From: Escherichia coli | GTDB lineage: Bacteria > Pseudomonadota > Gammaproteobacteria > Enterobacterales > Enterobacteriaceae | Length of the DNA stretch: 64,000 bases | NCBI RefSeq assembly: GCF_048403405.1 | Contig: NZ_CP183129.1 | Reading direction: 5' to 3' (one strand) | Part shown: piece after piece, positions 41,895 to 50,833 of the stretch | Layout: every line of letters begins with the position of its first letter | Position numbering within the stretch: the stretch's first letter is position 1 | The notes under the pieces: generated by a model | What the model was told of the DNA's origin: nothing | Seen by the model: the letters and a program-made list of their open reading frames with translations, nothing else | Database searches by the model: none | Program-made: the position numbers and the translations under genes

Positions 41895-42569
41895 ATGAAA
41901 ACAATCCATGACATCCGGCGGTCTAACGCCAGAAAACTGAGAGATGGTGTTGGCGGAAATTCATCCTTTGCCACCATGATTGATCGCGAGCCAACCCAAA
42001 CCAGCAGGTTTATGGGGGATGGCGCTACTAAAAATATCGGTGACAGCATGGCACGGCACATCGAAAAATGTTTCGACCTGCCTGTCGGATGGCTTGATCA
42101 AGAACACCAGACAACGAACATCACAAAAAAACCTGATGTTTCAATCACTAACAAACAAATAACGTTAGTCCCTGTCATATCATGGGTACAGGCCGGAGCA
42201 TGGAAAGAAGTTGGCTATTCTGAGGTTGATTTGAGCACAGCAGAAACGTATCCCTGCCCTGTACCCTGTGGCGAAATGACTTATATCTTGCGGGTGATTG
42301 GTGATTCAATGATTGATGAGTACCGCCCTGGAGACATGATTTTTGTTGATCCCGAAGTCCCTGCCTGCCACGGTGACGACGTTATTGCATTGATGCACGA
42401 TACAGGCGAAACCACCTTCAAGCGATTGATAGAAGATGGAACACAGCGTTATCTCAAAGCATTAAACCCAAACTGGCCTGAGCCTTACATTAAGATTAAC
42501 GGTAATTGCTCTATAATTGGTACAGTGATTTTCTCGGGAAAACCAAGAAGATACACAATAAAGGCCTAA
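41895..42569 (+). CDS. cI: CI-type repressor (HTH + S24 LexA-like autopeptidase domain)
   Basis: 224 aa. It has an Ala-Gly cleavage-site context (VQAGAW), a catalytic Ser (VIGDSM) and a Lys (TFKRL). Confidence 0.88.
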   Translation: MKTIHDIRRSNARKLRDGVGGNSSFATMIDREPTQTSRFMGDGATKNIGDSMARHIEKCFDLPVGWLDQEHQTTNITKKPDVSITNKQITLVPVISWVQAGAWKEVGYSEVDLSTAETYPCPVPCGEMTYILRVIGDSMIDEYRPGDMIFVDPEVPACHGDDVIALMHDTGETTFKRLIEDGTQRYLKALNPNWPEPYIKINGNCSIIGTVIFSGKPRRYTIKA

Positions 42570-42581
42570 TCAATATTTATG

Positions 42582-42605
42582 AACCTGCTTCGGCAGGTTT
42601 TTTTA
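42582..42605 (+). terminator. Rho-independent terminator after cI
   Basis: AACCTGCttcgGCAGGTT followed by TTTTT. Confidence 0.8.
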
Positions 42606-42608
42606 TAC

Positions 42609-42637
42609 TTGACAATGTACCCATGAGATACATAATG
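42609..42637 (+). promoter_or_regulatory. pL-like early-left promoter with overlapping operator
   Basis: TTGACA, 17 nt, ATAATG. The spacer holds the 19-bp palindrome ATGTACCcatgaGATACAT (42615-42633), which shares its half-site with the cI/cro operators. Confidence 0.65.
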
Positions 42638-42639
42638 TA

Positions 42640-43054
42640 TCCAAAAGAAACATGAGGCAGGCAAGATTCAAACAAAATTTGGTTGTAACACGGCGTATGG
42701 CACATGCGTCGTTAGCGGTCTGGGGACGTTAAAGGGGACAATCCACTTCTTGCTCGGGCAAACAAACCAGGTAGTCGGAATGTGCAAGTCAATGATGATG
42801 CTGATAAGACGCCTAACCAGCGTGGCGATCCGGTTTGACGCCTGGGAAGAGACCAGGGTGCAACGATGAGGGCATTTATGGAGCCGCGACAAAGTGTGGT
42901 GCCGTAACTGGCTAAGTGCTCTCAGCGTTGTGGTAATCCGCGAAATGGCGCGGCGGTAAGTATGGCGGGGTTACTCTTTCCCCGTTGAGGACACCGGATT
43001 GTCAGGTTGACCATACGCCTGAGTGACAACCCCACCACAACAGCCACTGCTTTG
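42640..43054 (+). other. ORF-free, hairpin-rich leader of the early-left transcript (candidate cis-acting or non-coding RNA)
   Basis: There is no ORF of 60 aa or more with an RBS; only ORFs of 30 codons or fewer. Short GC stems occur at 42841-42857, 42938-42953 and 42966-42984. Confidence 0.4.
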
Positions 43055-43100
43055 GCGGTACCAGTTTGTACACTTGCTTCCGGCTGGTACCGCTCTTTTT
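43055..43100 (+). terminator. Strong rho-independent terminator inside the early-left leader
   Basis: A perfect 10-bp stem GCGGTACCAG...CTGGTACCGC is followed by TCTTTTT. Confidence 0.8.
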
Positions 43101-43189
43101 ACAAAACAGAGAAGAGCATCACCGGACGACAGGCTCATAACCCAATCCATCCGGGCGGCTGCCACCGCAGGTGTTCTTCTCTGTTTTGT
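43101..43189 (+). other. Long hairpin (15 perfect bp, extendable to ~20 bp) just upstream of the first early-left gene
   Basis: ACAAAACAGAGAAGA at 43101-43115 pairs with TCTTCTCTGTTTTGT at 43175-43189. An inner GCGGctgccaCCGC hairpin is also present. Confidence 0.6.
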
Positions 43190-43237
43190 GGAGAAACCAA
43201 CCGACCTTGCAGGGTCGATATGATGAGGAGCAGCAAA

Positions 43238-43600
43238 ATGGCTAGCGAACGCAGTACTGATGTGCAGGCATTTATCGGGGAGCTGGACGGCGGCGTATTT
43301 GAAACCAAAATCGGCGCAGTTCTCAGTGAAGTCGCTTCCGGTGTGATGAACACGAAAACCAAAGGTAAGGTCTCACTCAACCTGGAAATCGAACCATTTG
43401 ATGAGAACCGTGTGAAAATCAAACACAAACTCTCATATGTTCGCCCGACTAACCGCGGGAAAATTTCCGAAGAAGACACCACCGAAACGCCGATGTATGT
43501 CAATCGCGGTGGTCGCCTGACTATTCTGCAGGAAGACCAGGGACAATTACTGACTCTTGCCGGTGAACCTGACGGAAAACTACGCGCAGCAGGTCATTAA
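43238..43600 (+). CDS. YfdP-like protein
   Basis: The ATG at 43238 follows GAGGAG with a 7-nt spacer. The product is 120 aa, in the position and size of CPS-53 yfdP. The track ORF's 5' extension lacks coding support. Confidence 0.65.
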   Translation: MASERSTDVQAFIGELDGGVFETKIGAVLSEVASGVMNTKTKGKVSLNLEIEPFDENRVKIKHKLSYVRPTNRGKISEEDTTETPMYVNRGGRLTILQEDQGQLLTLAGEPDGKLRAAGH

Positions 43601-43665
43601 TATCGTTCTTAATTAACTGATTATTTATCTCATCACTGAATATCTTTATATAGTGAGGACTTATT

Positions 43666-44490
43666 ATGTCTCAGAACTTAGACGCAACCGCAATTAATCA
43701 AATCCATGCCCTTATTTCTGCTCAGGGTGTTAATGAAATTATCAGTAATATTGGTGCCGATGCTGTGGCATTGCCTGAGAATTTCCGCATTCATGATCTG
43801 GAAAAATTTAATTTAAATCGCTTCCGTTTCCGTGGTGCGCTTTCCACTGCCAGCATCGATGACTTTACCCGTTATTCTAAAGATCTTGCAGATGAAGGCA
43901 CCCGCTGCTTTATCGATGCTGATAATATGCGTGCCGTCAGTGTACTTAACCTGGGTACTATTGATGAACCAGGTCACGCAGATAACACCGCCACTCTCAA
44001 ACTGAAAAAGACAGCACCGTTCTCTGCCCTGTTGTCTGTTAACGGCGAGCGTAACTCCCAGAAGTCACTGGCAGAATGGATTGAAGACTGGGCCGACTAC
44101 CTTGTGGGCTTTGATGCTAATGGTGACACCATTCAGGCAACAAAAGCGGCTGCGGCAGTCCGTAAAATCACGATTGAAGCAAACCAGACCGCTGATTTTG
44201 AAGATAATGACTTCAGCGGCAAACGCTCCCTGATGGAATCTGTCGAAGCGAAGACCAAAGACATTATGCCAGTGGCATTTGAATTTAAATGCGTTCCGTT
44301 TGAAGGTCTGAAAGAACGTCCGTTTAAATTACGCCTCAGCATTATCACTGGCGATCGTCCTGTACTGGTTCTGCGCATTATTCAGCTGGAAGCGGTGCAG
44401 GAAGATATGGCTAACGAATTTCGTGATCTGCTTGTTGAGAAATTCAAAGACAGCAAAGTAGAAACCTTTATTGGTACTTTCACCGCCTGA
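43666..44490 (+). CDS. YfdQ-like protein (DUF2303)
   Basis: 274 aa, the same length and gene order as remembered CPS-53 yfdQ. Confidence 0.7.
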   Translation: MSQNLDATAINQIHALISAQGVNEIISNIGADAVALPENFRIHDLEKFNLNRFRFRGALSTASIDDFTRYSKDLADEGTRCFIDADNMRAVSVLNLGTIDEPGHADNTATLKLKKTAPFSALLSVNGERNSQKSLAEWIEDWADYLVGFDANGDTIQATKAAAAVRKITIEANQTADFEDNDFSGKRSLMESVEAKTKDIMPVAFEFKCVPFEGLKERPFKLRLSIITGDRPVLVLRIIQLEAVQEDMANEFRDLLVEKFKDSKVETFIGTFTA

Positions 44491-44617
44491 TTTCATTACT
44501 GCAAATGCCCCTGCGGGGGCATTTATGGAAACGTAATTAACTCAATAATCACCGGATGGTGAGGGCTTCCTTTTACCCAAACTCAGCGCGGTGCAGCGCA
44601 TATACGTGGAGAACAAA

Positions 44618-45154
44618 ATGTCATTTATTAAAACTTTTTCCGGGAAGCATTTTTATTATGACAAGATAAATAAAGACGACATCGTGATTAACGATATCGC
44701 GGTTTCCCTTTCAAATATCTGCCGCTTTGCCGGTCATCTTTCTCACTTCTACAGTGTCGCCCAACATGCGGTGCTTTGCAGCCAGCTGGTGCCGCAGGAA
44801 TTTGCTTTTGAAGCGTTAATGCATGATGCAACAGAAGCGTATTGCCAGGATATTCCCGCTCCACTGAAACGCCTTCTTCCTGACTATAAACGGATGGAAG
44901 AAAAAATTGACGCCGTAATCCGTGAGAAATACGGGTTACCCCCAGTTATGAGTACGCCCGTGAAATATGCCGATCTTATCATGCTGGCAACCGAACGCCG
45001 CGATCTCGGGCTTGATGATGGCTCTTTCTGGCCTGTACTGGAAGGCATCCCGGCAACAGAGATGTTCAACGTGATTCCACTGGCACCTAGCCATGCCTAC
45101 GGGATGTTTATGGAACGTTTTAACGAGTTATCGGAGTTACGCAAATGCGCATGA
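44618..45154 (+). CDS. HD-domain phosphohydrolase (YfdR-like 5'-deoxynucleotidase)
   Basis: The ATG at 44618 follows GGAGA. The product is 178 aa with HD-motif residues (...SVAQHAV...ALMHDATEAY...). Confidence 0.75.
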   Translation: MSFIKTFSGKHFYYDKINKDDIVINDIAVSLSNICRFAGHLSHFYSVAQHAVLCSQLVPQEFAFEALMHDATEAYCQDIPAPLKRLLPDYKRMEEKIDAVIREKYGLPPVMSTPVKYADLIMLATERRDLGLDDGSFWPVLEGIPATEMFNVIPLAPSHAYGMFMERFNELSELRKCA

Positions 45155-45507
45155 ATGTTTTCGAAATGGAAGGGTTTCTTCGCGGGAAATGTGTACCGCG
45201 AGATCTGAAAGTGAACGAAACAAATGCTGAGTACCTGGTACGTAAATTCGACGCGCTTGAAGCTAAATGTGCGGCACTGGAAAACAAAATAATACCAGTG
45301 TCAGCTGAACTGCCACCAGCAAATGAAAGTGTTCTGTTATTTGATGCTAACGGAGAAGGCTGGCTGATTGGCTGGCGTTCTCTCTGGTACACCTGGGGAC
45401 AAAAAGAAACCGGAGAATGGCAGTGGACATTTCAGGTCGGGGACCTTGAAAACTTCAATATCACTCACTGGGCAGTAATGCCAAAAGCGCCGGAGGCTGG
45501 AGCATAA
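45145..45507 (+). CDS. YfdS-like protein (DUF551-type C-terminus)
   Basis: 120 aa. It ends ...THWAVMPKAPE, which is typical of DUF551. Confidence 0.6.
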   Translation: MRMNVFEMEGFLRGKCVPRDLKVNETNAEYLVRKFDALEAKCAALENKIIPVSAELPPANESVLLFDANGEGWLIGWRSLWYTWGQKETGEWQWTFQVGDLENFNITHWAVMPKAPEAGA

Positions 45508-46127
45508 TGACCACATTTACCAATAAAGAACTGATTAAAGAAATCAAAGAACGAATCAGCAGCCTAGAGGTTCGAGACGATATTGAGCGCCGTGCTTATG
45601 AAATTGCTCTGGCATCGCTAGAAGAGGAGCCGGTGGCATGGCTGCATTCAGAAAATGGCTTAGGTATTCCGGCAATAACGAGGAGTAAAAACATTGCTGA
45701 CAGTTGGTTATCAAAGGGCTGGTATGTTCAGCCGCTATATATAGCCAAGCCAGTGCCGATGGTGCCAGATGCTCGTCCGTCTTTAAATAATGGCATAGTC
45801 GGCTTTGATGAAGGCTGGAACGCCTGCCGCGCCTCCATGCTTAATGGTGCCGAACCTGTAAGCCAGACTTATAAGTTGAACGAGCTGTCGGGCAACTCTC
45901 CGGTAACTCCGGATGGTTGGATAAGCTGTAGTGAGCGAATGCCGAACGATAAACAGTATGTTTGGTGTTGGGGTAAGTCTTACGGCTGGACTGAGTGCGA
46001 TACCTTCGAAGGGTATTACGATTGTTCGAGAAACAAATGGTGGGCAGTTACTGACAATGGGGAAGAACCGGCATCGAAAGTAACCCACTGGATGCCGCTA
46101 CCGGAGCCGCCGCAGGAGGTGAAGTAA
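45507..46127 (+). CDS. DUF551 domain protein
   Basis: 206 aa. The C-terminal WISCSERMPNDKQYVWCW...VTHWMPLPEPP is a DUF551 signature. Confidence 0.6.
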   Translation: MTTFTNKELIKEIKERISSLEVRDDIERRAYEIALASLEEEPVAWLHSENGLGIPAITRSKNIADSWLSKGWYVQPLYIAKPVPMVPDARPSLNNGIVGFDEGWNACRASMLNGAEPVSQTYKLNELSGNSPVTPDGWISCSERMPNDKQYVWCWGKSYGWTECDTFEGYYDCSRNKWWAVTDNGEEPASKVTHWMPLPEPPQEVK

Positions 46128-46321
46128 TGAACAACTTAATGACAACTAAACAAGTCGCCGATTTCTGTGGTGTTTCAGTATCGACAGTTCTTCGCTGGAA
46201 CAGCGTAAACAGGAGAACTGGCCAGAAATACAGGCCTGACTTTCCAGATCCTGATATTAAATCCTGCCCAAATAAATGGGCATCACACAAGATTTACAGA
46301 TTTGCGGGAGTGATTGATTAA
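46127..46321 (+). CDS. AlpA/Xis-type small HTH protein (candidate excisionase)
   Basis: 64 aa. LMTTKQVADFCGVSVSTVLRWN is an MerR/AlpA-like HTH. It is the last gene of the early-left operon and faces int. Confidence 0.65.
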   Translation: MNNLMTTKQVADFCGVSVSTVLRWNSVNRRTGQKYRPDFPDPDIKSCPNKWASHKIYRFAGVID

Positions 46322-46597
46322 TATGTATTAGCTTAGATGTGAGCTGACACATCTATGATTAGATGCCAAACCTAATCTGAGCGTCCACTCTTTACCAAGA
46401 GCGGACGTTACCAATGACCATATGACATGAATCGATAAGATCAAAACATTATCGCCAAGAAATGTATTGATACAAATAAAATTGATTACCCCCTTACTCT
46501 TGTTGAAAAGTTAGTCGTAGAGTACCTATCGCAATGTAATCAGCTTTAATCATCTGAAAATTACTCCTTAAAAATTAGCTTTTATATACTGAACAAA

Positions 46598-47317
46598 TTA
46601 AATCTCTGTTTCTTTTCCTGTTCGGCTCAACCAATACTCCATTGTTTGAGTATGAATCTTTTCAGCGTATATTTTTTCAATTAATTTATCTCGTTTTTCT
46701 TTAATGACTTTACGCAGTGAATCATATAACATAAAAAAACGTTCATCATCTTCCTCATTATTACCGTAATTTATTTGATTGAGTTCTGAAAAAATATGAT
46801 AGCACCTTTTTTTCTTGGTCCCCGGCAATATTAAAACCAAGCCGCATTGATCATATTCAAATTCACCTTTATGGGCAGCAAAGTTATGTCTAACATTCAT
46901 AATAGAATCATGTAAATCTCTGTATTTTTCTGGCACATGCTTTCTCTGCAATGTGAATCGACGCCCTTTCGCCTCTGTAAAACACTTACCGTAAGTAACA
47001 ACTTTTGATATAAATAAAGACTTTAATATTAGATTCTTTTCTAAATCAGGATAAATAAAGTGTTGTTCTCTATTAATGTTATTACAAATGTTTTTTATTA
47101 TATTCTCCCAACCAATAACATTCCGAAGATCTTTATCCAGCAACTGTAAGGCCACATATTGTTCTACAAAGCGGCCTTTTAAAGGTATTCGTGGTAATAT
47201 TACACCTTTCTGCTTATAAACTCTTTCTATCGTATTATCTGGATATTGGATCTTCCTTATTTCTATTCCGTCTTCTTCTGATACCCTTACTAATGGTTCA
47301 TTTTTTAACTTTGACAT
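46598..47317 (-). CDS. Orphan AT-rich gene downstream of int; unknown function (Rx5H HEPN-like motif)
   Basis: 239 aa, visibly AT-rich compared with its neighbours. The motif is NVRHNFAAHKG. I recognise no family. Confidence 0.6.
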   Translation of the reverse strand: MSKLKNEPLVRVSEEDGIEIRKIQYPDNTIERVYKQKGVILPRIPLKGRFVEQYVALQLLDKDLRNVIGWENIIKNICNNINREQHFIYPDLEKNLILKSLFISKVVTYGKCFTEAKGRRFTLQRKHVPEKYRDLHDSIMNVRHNFAAHKGEFEYDQCGLVLILPGTKKKRCYHIFSELNQINYGNNEEDDERFFMLYDSLRKVIKEKRDKLIEKIYAEKIHTQTMEYWLSRTGKETEI

Positions 47318-47602
47318 GTTAACCCTCTTAAATAAAAAACTAACTTTATCCAGATAGTGTCCGTTAAGAAGTTTTCGTTACAACTAAGTTTCTAGGTAAA
47401 TCATGAATCAACCTATAGTATCAAAAACATTTGGTGGTAAACATCTGCATTTATCAAATAGCAGGAGCGATTTAGGGGCATAGGGATAGTGATGATATCT
47501 ATACCCGTGCCCTCTTATGTCAACACAATGGCGTAAACTTAACGCTCACATCTCGCTCAAAGTGTGCTAGGAGATTTGGTTATGTTCAGGTGATACAAAC
47601 CG

Positions 47603-48826
47603 TCAGTTTGAATCAGAGATAGTACAATTAACAATCGATTCAACCCTCTTCCACCATGCCAGGTAAGCTTTACGCTGTTCTTCTAGATAATCGCTCTTAT
47701 CATAAACTTGCCATACCCCTGGCAGCTTATGACCAAGCATAATTTCTGCGATATGAGGCGCAGTAAGATCAGAAAAATTTGTTCGTGCTGTCCGTCTCAA
47801 GTCATGAAGAGACCAATGAGGGAATTGATATCCTAAACGCCGCCACGCGTACTGCATTAAATTGTAAGGCAGCGACTGTAATGATGTCCTACCGACTGGC
47901 TCCCTGCTTCCTTCCTTAGTAAAAAGCATATCGGAACCGTTGTTCATAGAGATAACGTATTTTATAAGCTCTTCAACCGGTTCAATAATGGGCCGCTTTA
48001 GCGGTTCGCCTGTTATGTCCCCTGTCTTATGTCGTTCAGGTGGTACAGTCCATACCTTATTTATGAAATCAAAATCACCCACCCTAGCAGTAATTAGCTC
48101 CGAACTACGGCAACCAAAATGCAGTAATAGTTTAATGAAGGCCCTGTATTTGGGAACCATTCTAGAGCCATCGATCGCAGCATAAAGAATTTTAATTTCA
48201 TCGTGTGTCAGAAACCGTTTCTTCTGACCTTTACGGATATCCATATCTTTACCCGTGATATCCGACAGCGGGCGAGTTTCAATAAGCTTTCTCTTATACG
48301 CCCAGACATGGGCCTGCTTTGCGTTAATTAGCAATCGGTCTGCTATTGCTGGAGTCTTAGTGCTAAGAGGCTCCAGGACTTCTAACCAATCATGCAATGT
48401 AGCTGCATCGTGAGGGATATTCCCGATTTTAGAGAACAGGTGCAGCTCAAACGAGCGGAGTATCTGTTCAGAACTCTTTTTATTTTTTACACAATATGCT
48501 TCATACCAGGCACGGATCACAGACTCTACCGTCATGGCTTCAGTAGCTTTTCGTTTTTCAGCCTGCTTGACCAATCGTGGATTACGGTTTGACTCGAGTT
48601 CACCACGGAGACGGATAACTTCTTCTCTGGCCTCTTTTAATCCAGTTGCCGGGTAAGTTCCGATATCAAGACGCTCACCTTTCCCTGCCCATTGATAACG
48701 ATATTGGAACACTACGCGACCTTTCGGTGATACTCTGACAGACAGACCATCACGATCGGATTTAACCAAAACCTTATCACGTTCCTTTCCAACGACTGAA
48801 CGCAACCACGCATCAGACAGCGCCAT
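47603..48826 (-). CDS. int: Tyrosine integrase (P4-type, DUF4102-like N-terminal arm-binding domain)
   Basis: 407 aa. It has a catalytic-region HDLRRTARTN...LGH...Y pattern. The 5' end faces the att core 230 bp away. Confidence 0.92.
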   Translation of the reverse strand: MALSDAWLRSVVGKERDKVLVKSDRDGLSVRVSPKGRVVFQYRYQWAGKGERLDIGTYPATGLKEAREEVIRLRGELESNRNPRLVKQAEKRKATEAMTVESVIRAWYEAYCVKNKKSSEQILRSFELHLFSKIGNIPHDAATLHDWLEVLEPLSTKTPAIADRLLINAKQAHVWAYKRKLIETRPLSDITGKDMDIRKGQKKRFLTHDEIKILYAAIDGSRMVPKYRAFIKLLLHFGCRSSELITARVGDFDFINKVWTVPPERHKTGDITGEPLKRPIIEPVEELIKYVISMNNGSDMLFTKEGSREPVGRTSLQSLPYNLMQYAWRRLGYQFPHWSLHDLRRTARTNFSDLTAPHIAEIMLGHKLPGVWQVYDKSDYLEEQRKAYLAWWKRVESIVNCTISDSN

Positions 48827-49046
48827 TACTCACCTTGTACAAATCGCAAAACACCTCTGCTGCTTTGTACATTATGTACAAGCATATGTACAGATTTTTG
48901 ATGAAAGCAACCTGATCGATTTAAAGTTACATGAAAGAATTTTCAATTAAAGAAGCCACATAACCATATGTATTTAAATGAGTTATATAACCAGACCTCA
49001 ATTAACTGAAAGGATTTTGAAAGAGTAAAAGAGCTTTAATTTGGGA

Positions 49047-49121
49047 TTAATTATTGGGGTGAGAAATAATGGCAAAAGTGCGGCGCTTCGCCACCTCTTG
49101 CAAATAAGGAGACAACGTCAT
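49047..49121 (-). pseudogene. prfC: Displaced native 5' end of prfC (24-codon stub)
   Basis: The minus strand from ATG 49121 reads [22 protein letters not shown] then NN-stop. This is the K-12-type RF3 N-terminus up to the att core, followed by phage sequence. Confidence 0.85.
49057..49070. repeat. att core copy (yjjG side)
   Basis: GGGTGAGAAATAAT is identical to 822-835. Confidence 0.85.
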
Positions 49122-49210
49122 AATTCTTTCTTCTTGAGTAAGCGGCATCGCGCCGCGCTTGTTGAAAACGAAAAATTGCGGCTATTTTACCCATCAACGG
49201 GGGGAGGCAA

Positions 49211-49888
49211 TCAGTGTTTACACAGGAGCTGCTCCAGTTCGTGCAACGAAGAAACGGTCCAGGTGGGCGCGATGCCTTCTGGTTGCTCGCGATTGTGCGC
49301 ATTCAGCCAGCAGGTCGCAAGCCCGGCGTTGATGCCACCGAGAATATCGGACTCGGCAGTGTCGCCAACCATCAGCACGCGTGAACGGTCAGGATTGCCC
49401 GCCTGTTCCAGCGCATAATCGAAAATTTTCTTATTCGGTTTGGCAACGCCAACTTCTTCGGAAATCACCAGCAAATCGAAATAATCACGCAGGCCCGTGC
49501 GTTCCAGACGCACTTGCTGCAAGGCGCTAAAGCCGTTGGTGATGATGCCAATTTTAGCGTTGCCACGAATGGCGTTAAGCAGAGAAACCGCGCCCGGCAG
49601 CGGCGTACAGATTTCCGCCATCGCATTAATAAAGGCTTCGTTGAGTTTACCCGGCTCGACGTTCAGCCGTTCGGCCCAGCTCTCAAACCGCCCGTGCTGA
49701 AGCTGTAATGAAGTGATCGCGCCGTTTTGATAATCCACCCACAGTGGCTTGTTAACGGCCTGATAGTCCTGAAAATCTTCAGCGGTAAAGGTGACGCTGT
49801 AATCAAGAAACATCCGCTGCAGGCCGGTGAATGAGTCAAAGGTAAACAGCGTTTCATCGGCATCAAAGAAAATCCAGTCCCACTTCAT
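49211..49888 (-). CDS. yjjG: Pyrimidine 5'-nucleotidase YjjG (HAD family)
   Basis: 225 aa. [20 protein letters not shown]... carries the HAD motif DxDxT. Confidence 0.92.
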   Translation of the reverse strand: MKWDWIFFDADETLFTFDSFTGLQRMFLDYSVTFTAEDFQDYQAVNKPLWVDYQNGAITSLQLQHGRFESWAERLNVEPGKLNEAFINAMAEICTPLPGAVSLLNAIRGNAKIGIITNGFSALQQVRLERTGLRDYFDLLVISEEVGVAKPNKKIFDYALEQAGNPDRSRVLMVGDTAESDILGGINAGLATCWLNAHNREQPEGIAPTWTVSSLHELEQLLCKH

Positions 49889-49902
49889 TATTCCACCTTG
49901 TC

Positions 49903-50349
49903 TTACATACTGATTGGCAACGCCATGATGATGGCGTCTTCGCGACCGTCCGTGGTGGGGTAGTAATTGCGGCGAATTGTCGCCTCGTTAAAGCCTAAAC
50001 TTTCGTACAGGGCAATGGCGGCAGCGTTTGAAGCACGGACTTCCAGCCATAGTGTCGCCACGCCGCGTTTTTCCAGTTCGTCGATCAGATGTTCCAGCAG
50101 CGCCCTTCCCAATCCCTGACGCTGATAGTCAGGATCGACCGCAATATTGAACAATGTAGCTTCATCCAGCACCACTTGCGTAATCGCAAACGCCGCCATT
50201 TTGCCGTTTTGCGTTAACTGAAAGTTGAGATAACGCTCGCCCTGGTTGCTGGCAAAGGTTTTTTCACTCCACGGAAAGGCGTGGGCGCGTTGTTCAATGT
50301 GGTAAGCCGCTGGTAAATCAGTCGTTTCGAGGGAAGAAATCGTGTTCAT
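49903..50349 (-). CDS. rimI: Ribosomal protein S18 alanine N-acetyltransferase
   Basis: 148-aa GNAT fold ([13 protein letters not shown]), located between yjjG and holD. Confidence 0.92.
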   Translation of the reverse strand: MNTISSLETTDLPAAYHIEQRAHAFPWSEKTFASNQGERYLNFQLTQNGKMAAFAITQVVLDEATLFNIAVDPDYQRQGLGRALLEHLIDELEKRGVATLWLEVRASNAAAIALYESLGFNEATIRRNYYPTTDGREDAIIMALPISM

Positions 50350-50731
50350 ATGTGCAAATTTGTTGCCATAACGCGGCGCGTGCCGTTGGGTTTGCCCGTA
50401 ATTCGGTGAGCGCCGGTGATGCCACCTGAGCGCCTTCCAGTGATAGCGGTTCGTCAGTACCCAACCGCCAGCTGTTGCAGCGACTGCCTTGTGGCAGCAT
50501 CGCGATTTTTTCTGGCGTCAGTTGCAGCACTTGATCGGGGCTGACGGTTAATGCGCGCAGAACATCGCTCACCAGAGGATCGGTCAGGGCGGGAAGATCG
50601 TTTGCCACCATCACCAGACGGACGTGTGCCGGGATCGCAATCGCAATCTCCCCCTGCAACGCGCCAGGGCGACGCAGCGACCACTGGGTAATGCCCAGTT
50701 GCTGTAACTGCCAGTCTCGTCGGGATGTCAT
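50318..50731 (-). CDS. holD: DNA polymerase III psi subunit
   Basis: 137 aa. MTSRRDWQLQQLGITQWSLRRP.... It overlaps rimI as in K-12. Confidence 0.92.
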   Translation of the reverse strand: MTSRRDWQLQQLGITQWSLRRPGALQGEIAIAIPAHVRLVMVANDLPALTDPLVSDVLRALTVSPDQVLQLTPEKIAMLPQGSRCNSWRLGTDEPLSLEGAQVASPALTELRANPTARAALWQQICTYEHDFFPRND

Positions 50732-50833
50732 AGCGAATCGCTCCTGTTGTCAGGGGCGCAAATATAGCAAATTCGTCGATACCGCGCCAACATATGGCTA
50801 TAATCGCCGCCAGTATCAATTGAGGAGCATTCC

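Noticed and set aside
43091-43104. boxA-like CGCTCTTTTTACAA, suggesting a nutL site
   Set aside because: It coincides with the 3' arm and U-tract of the terminator. No adjacent boxB-type 15-nt hairpin and no N-like gene are present, so a nut site is not called.
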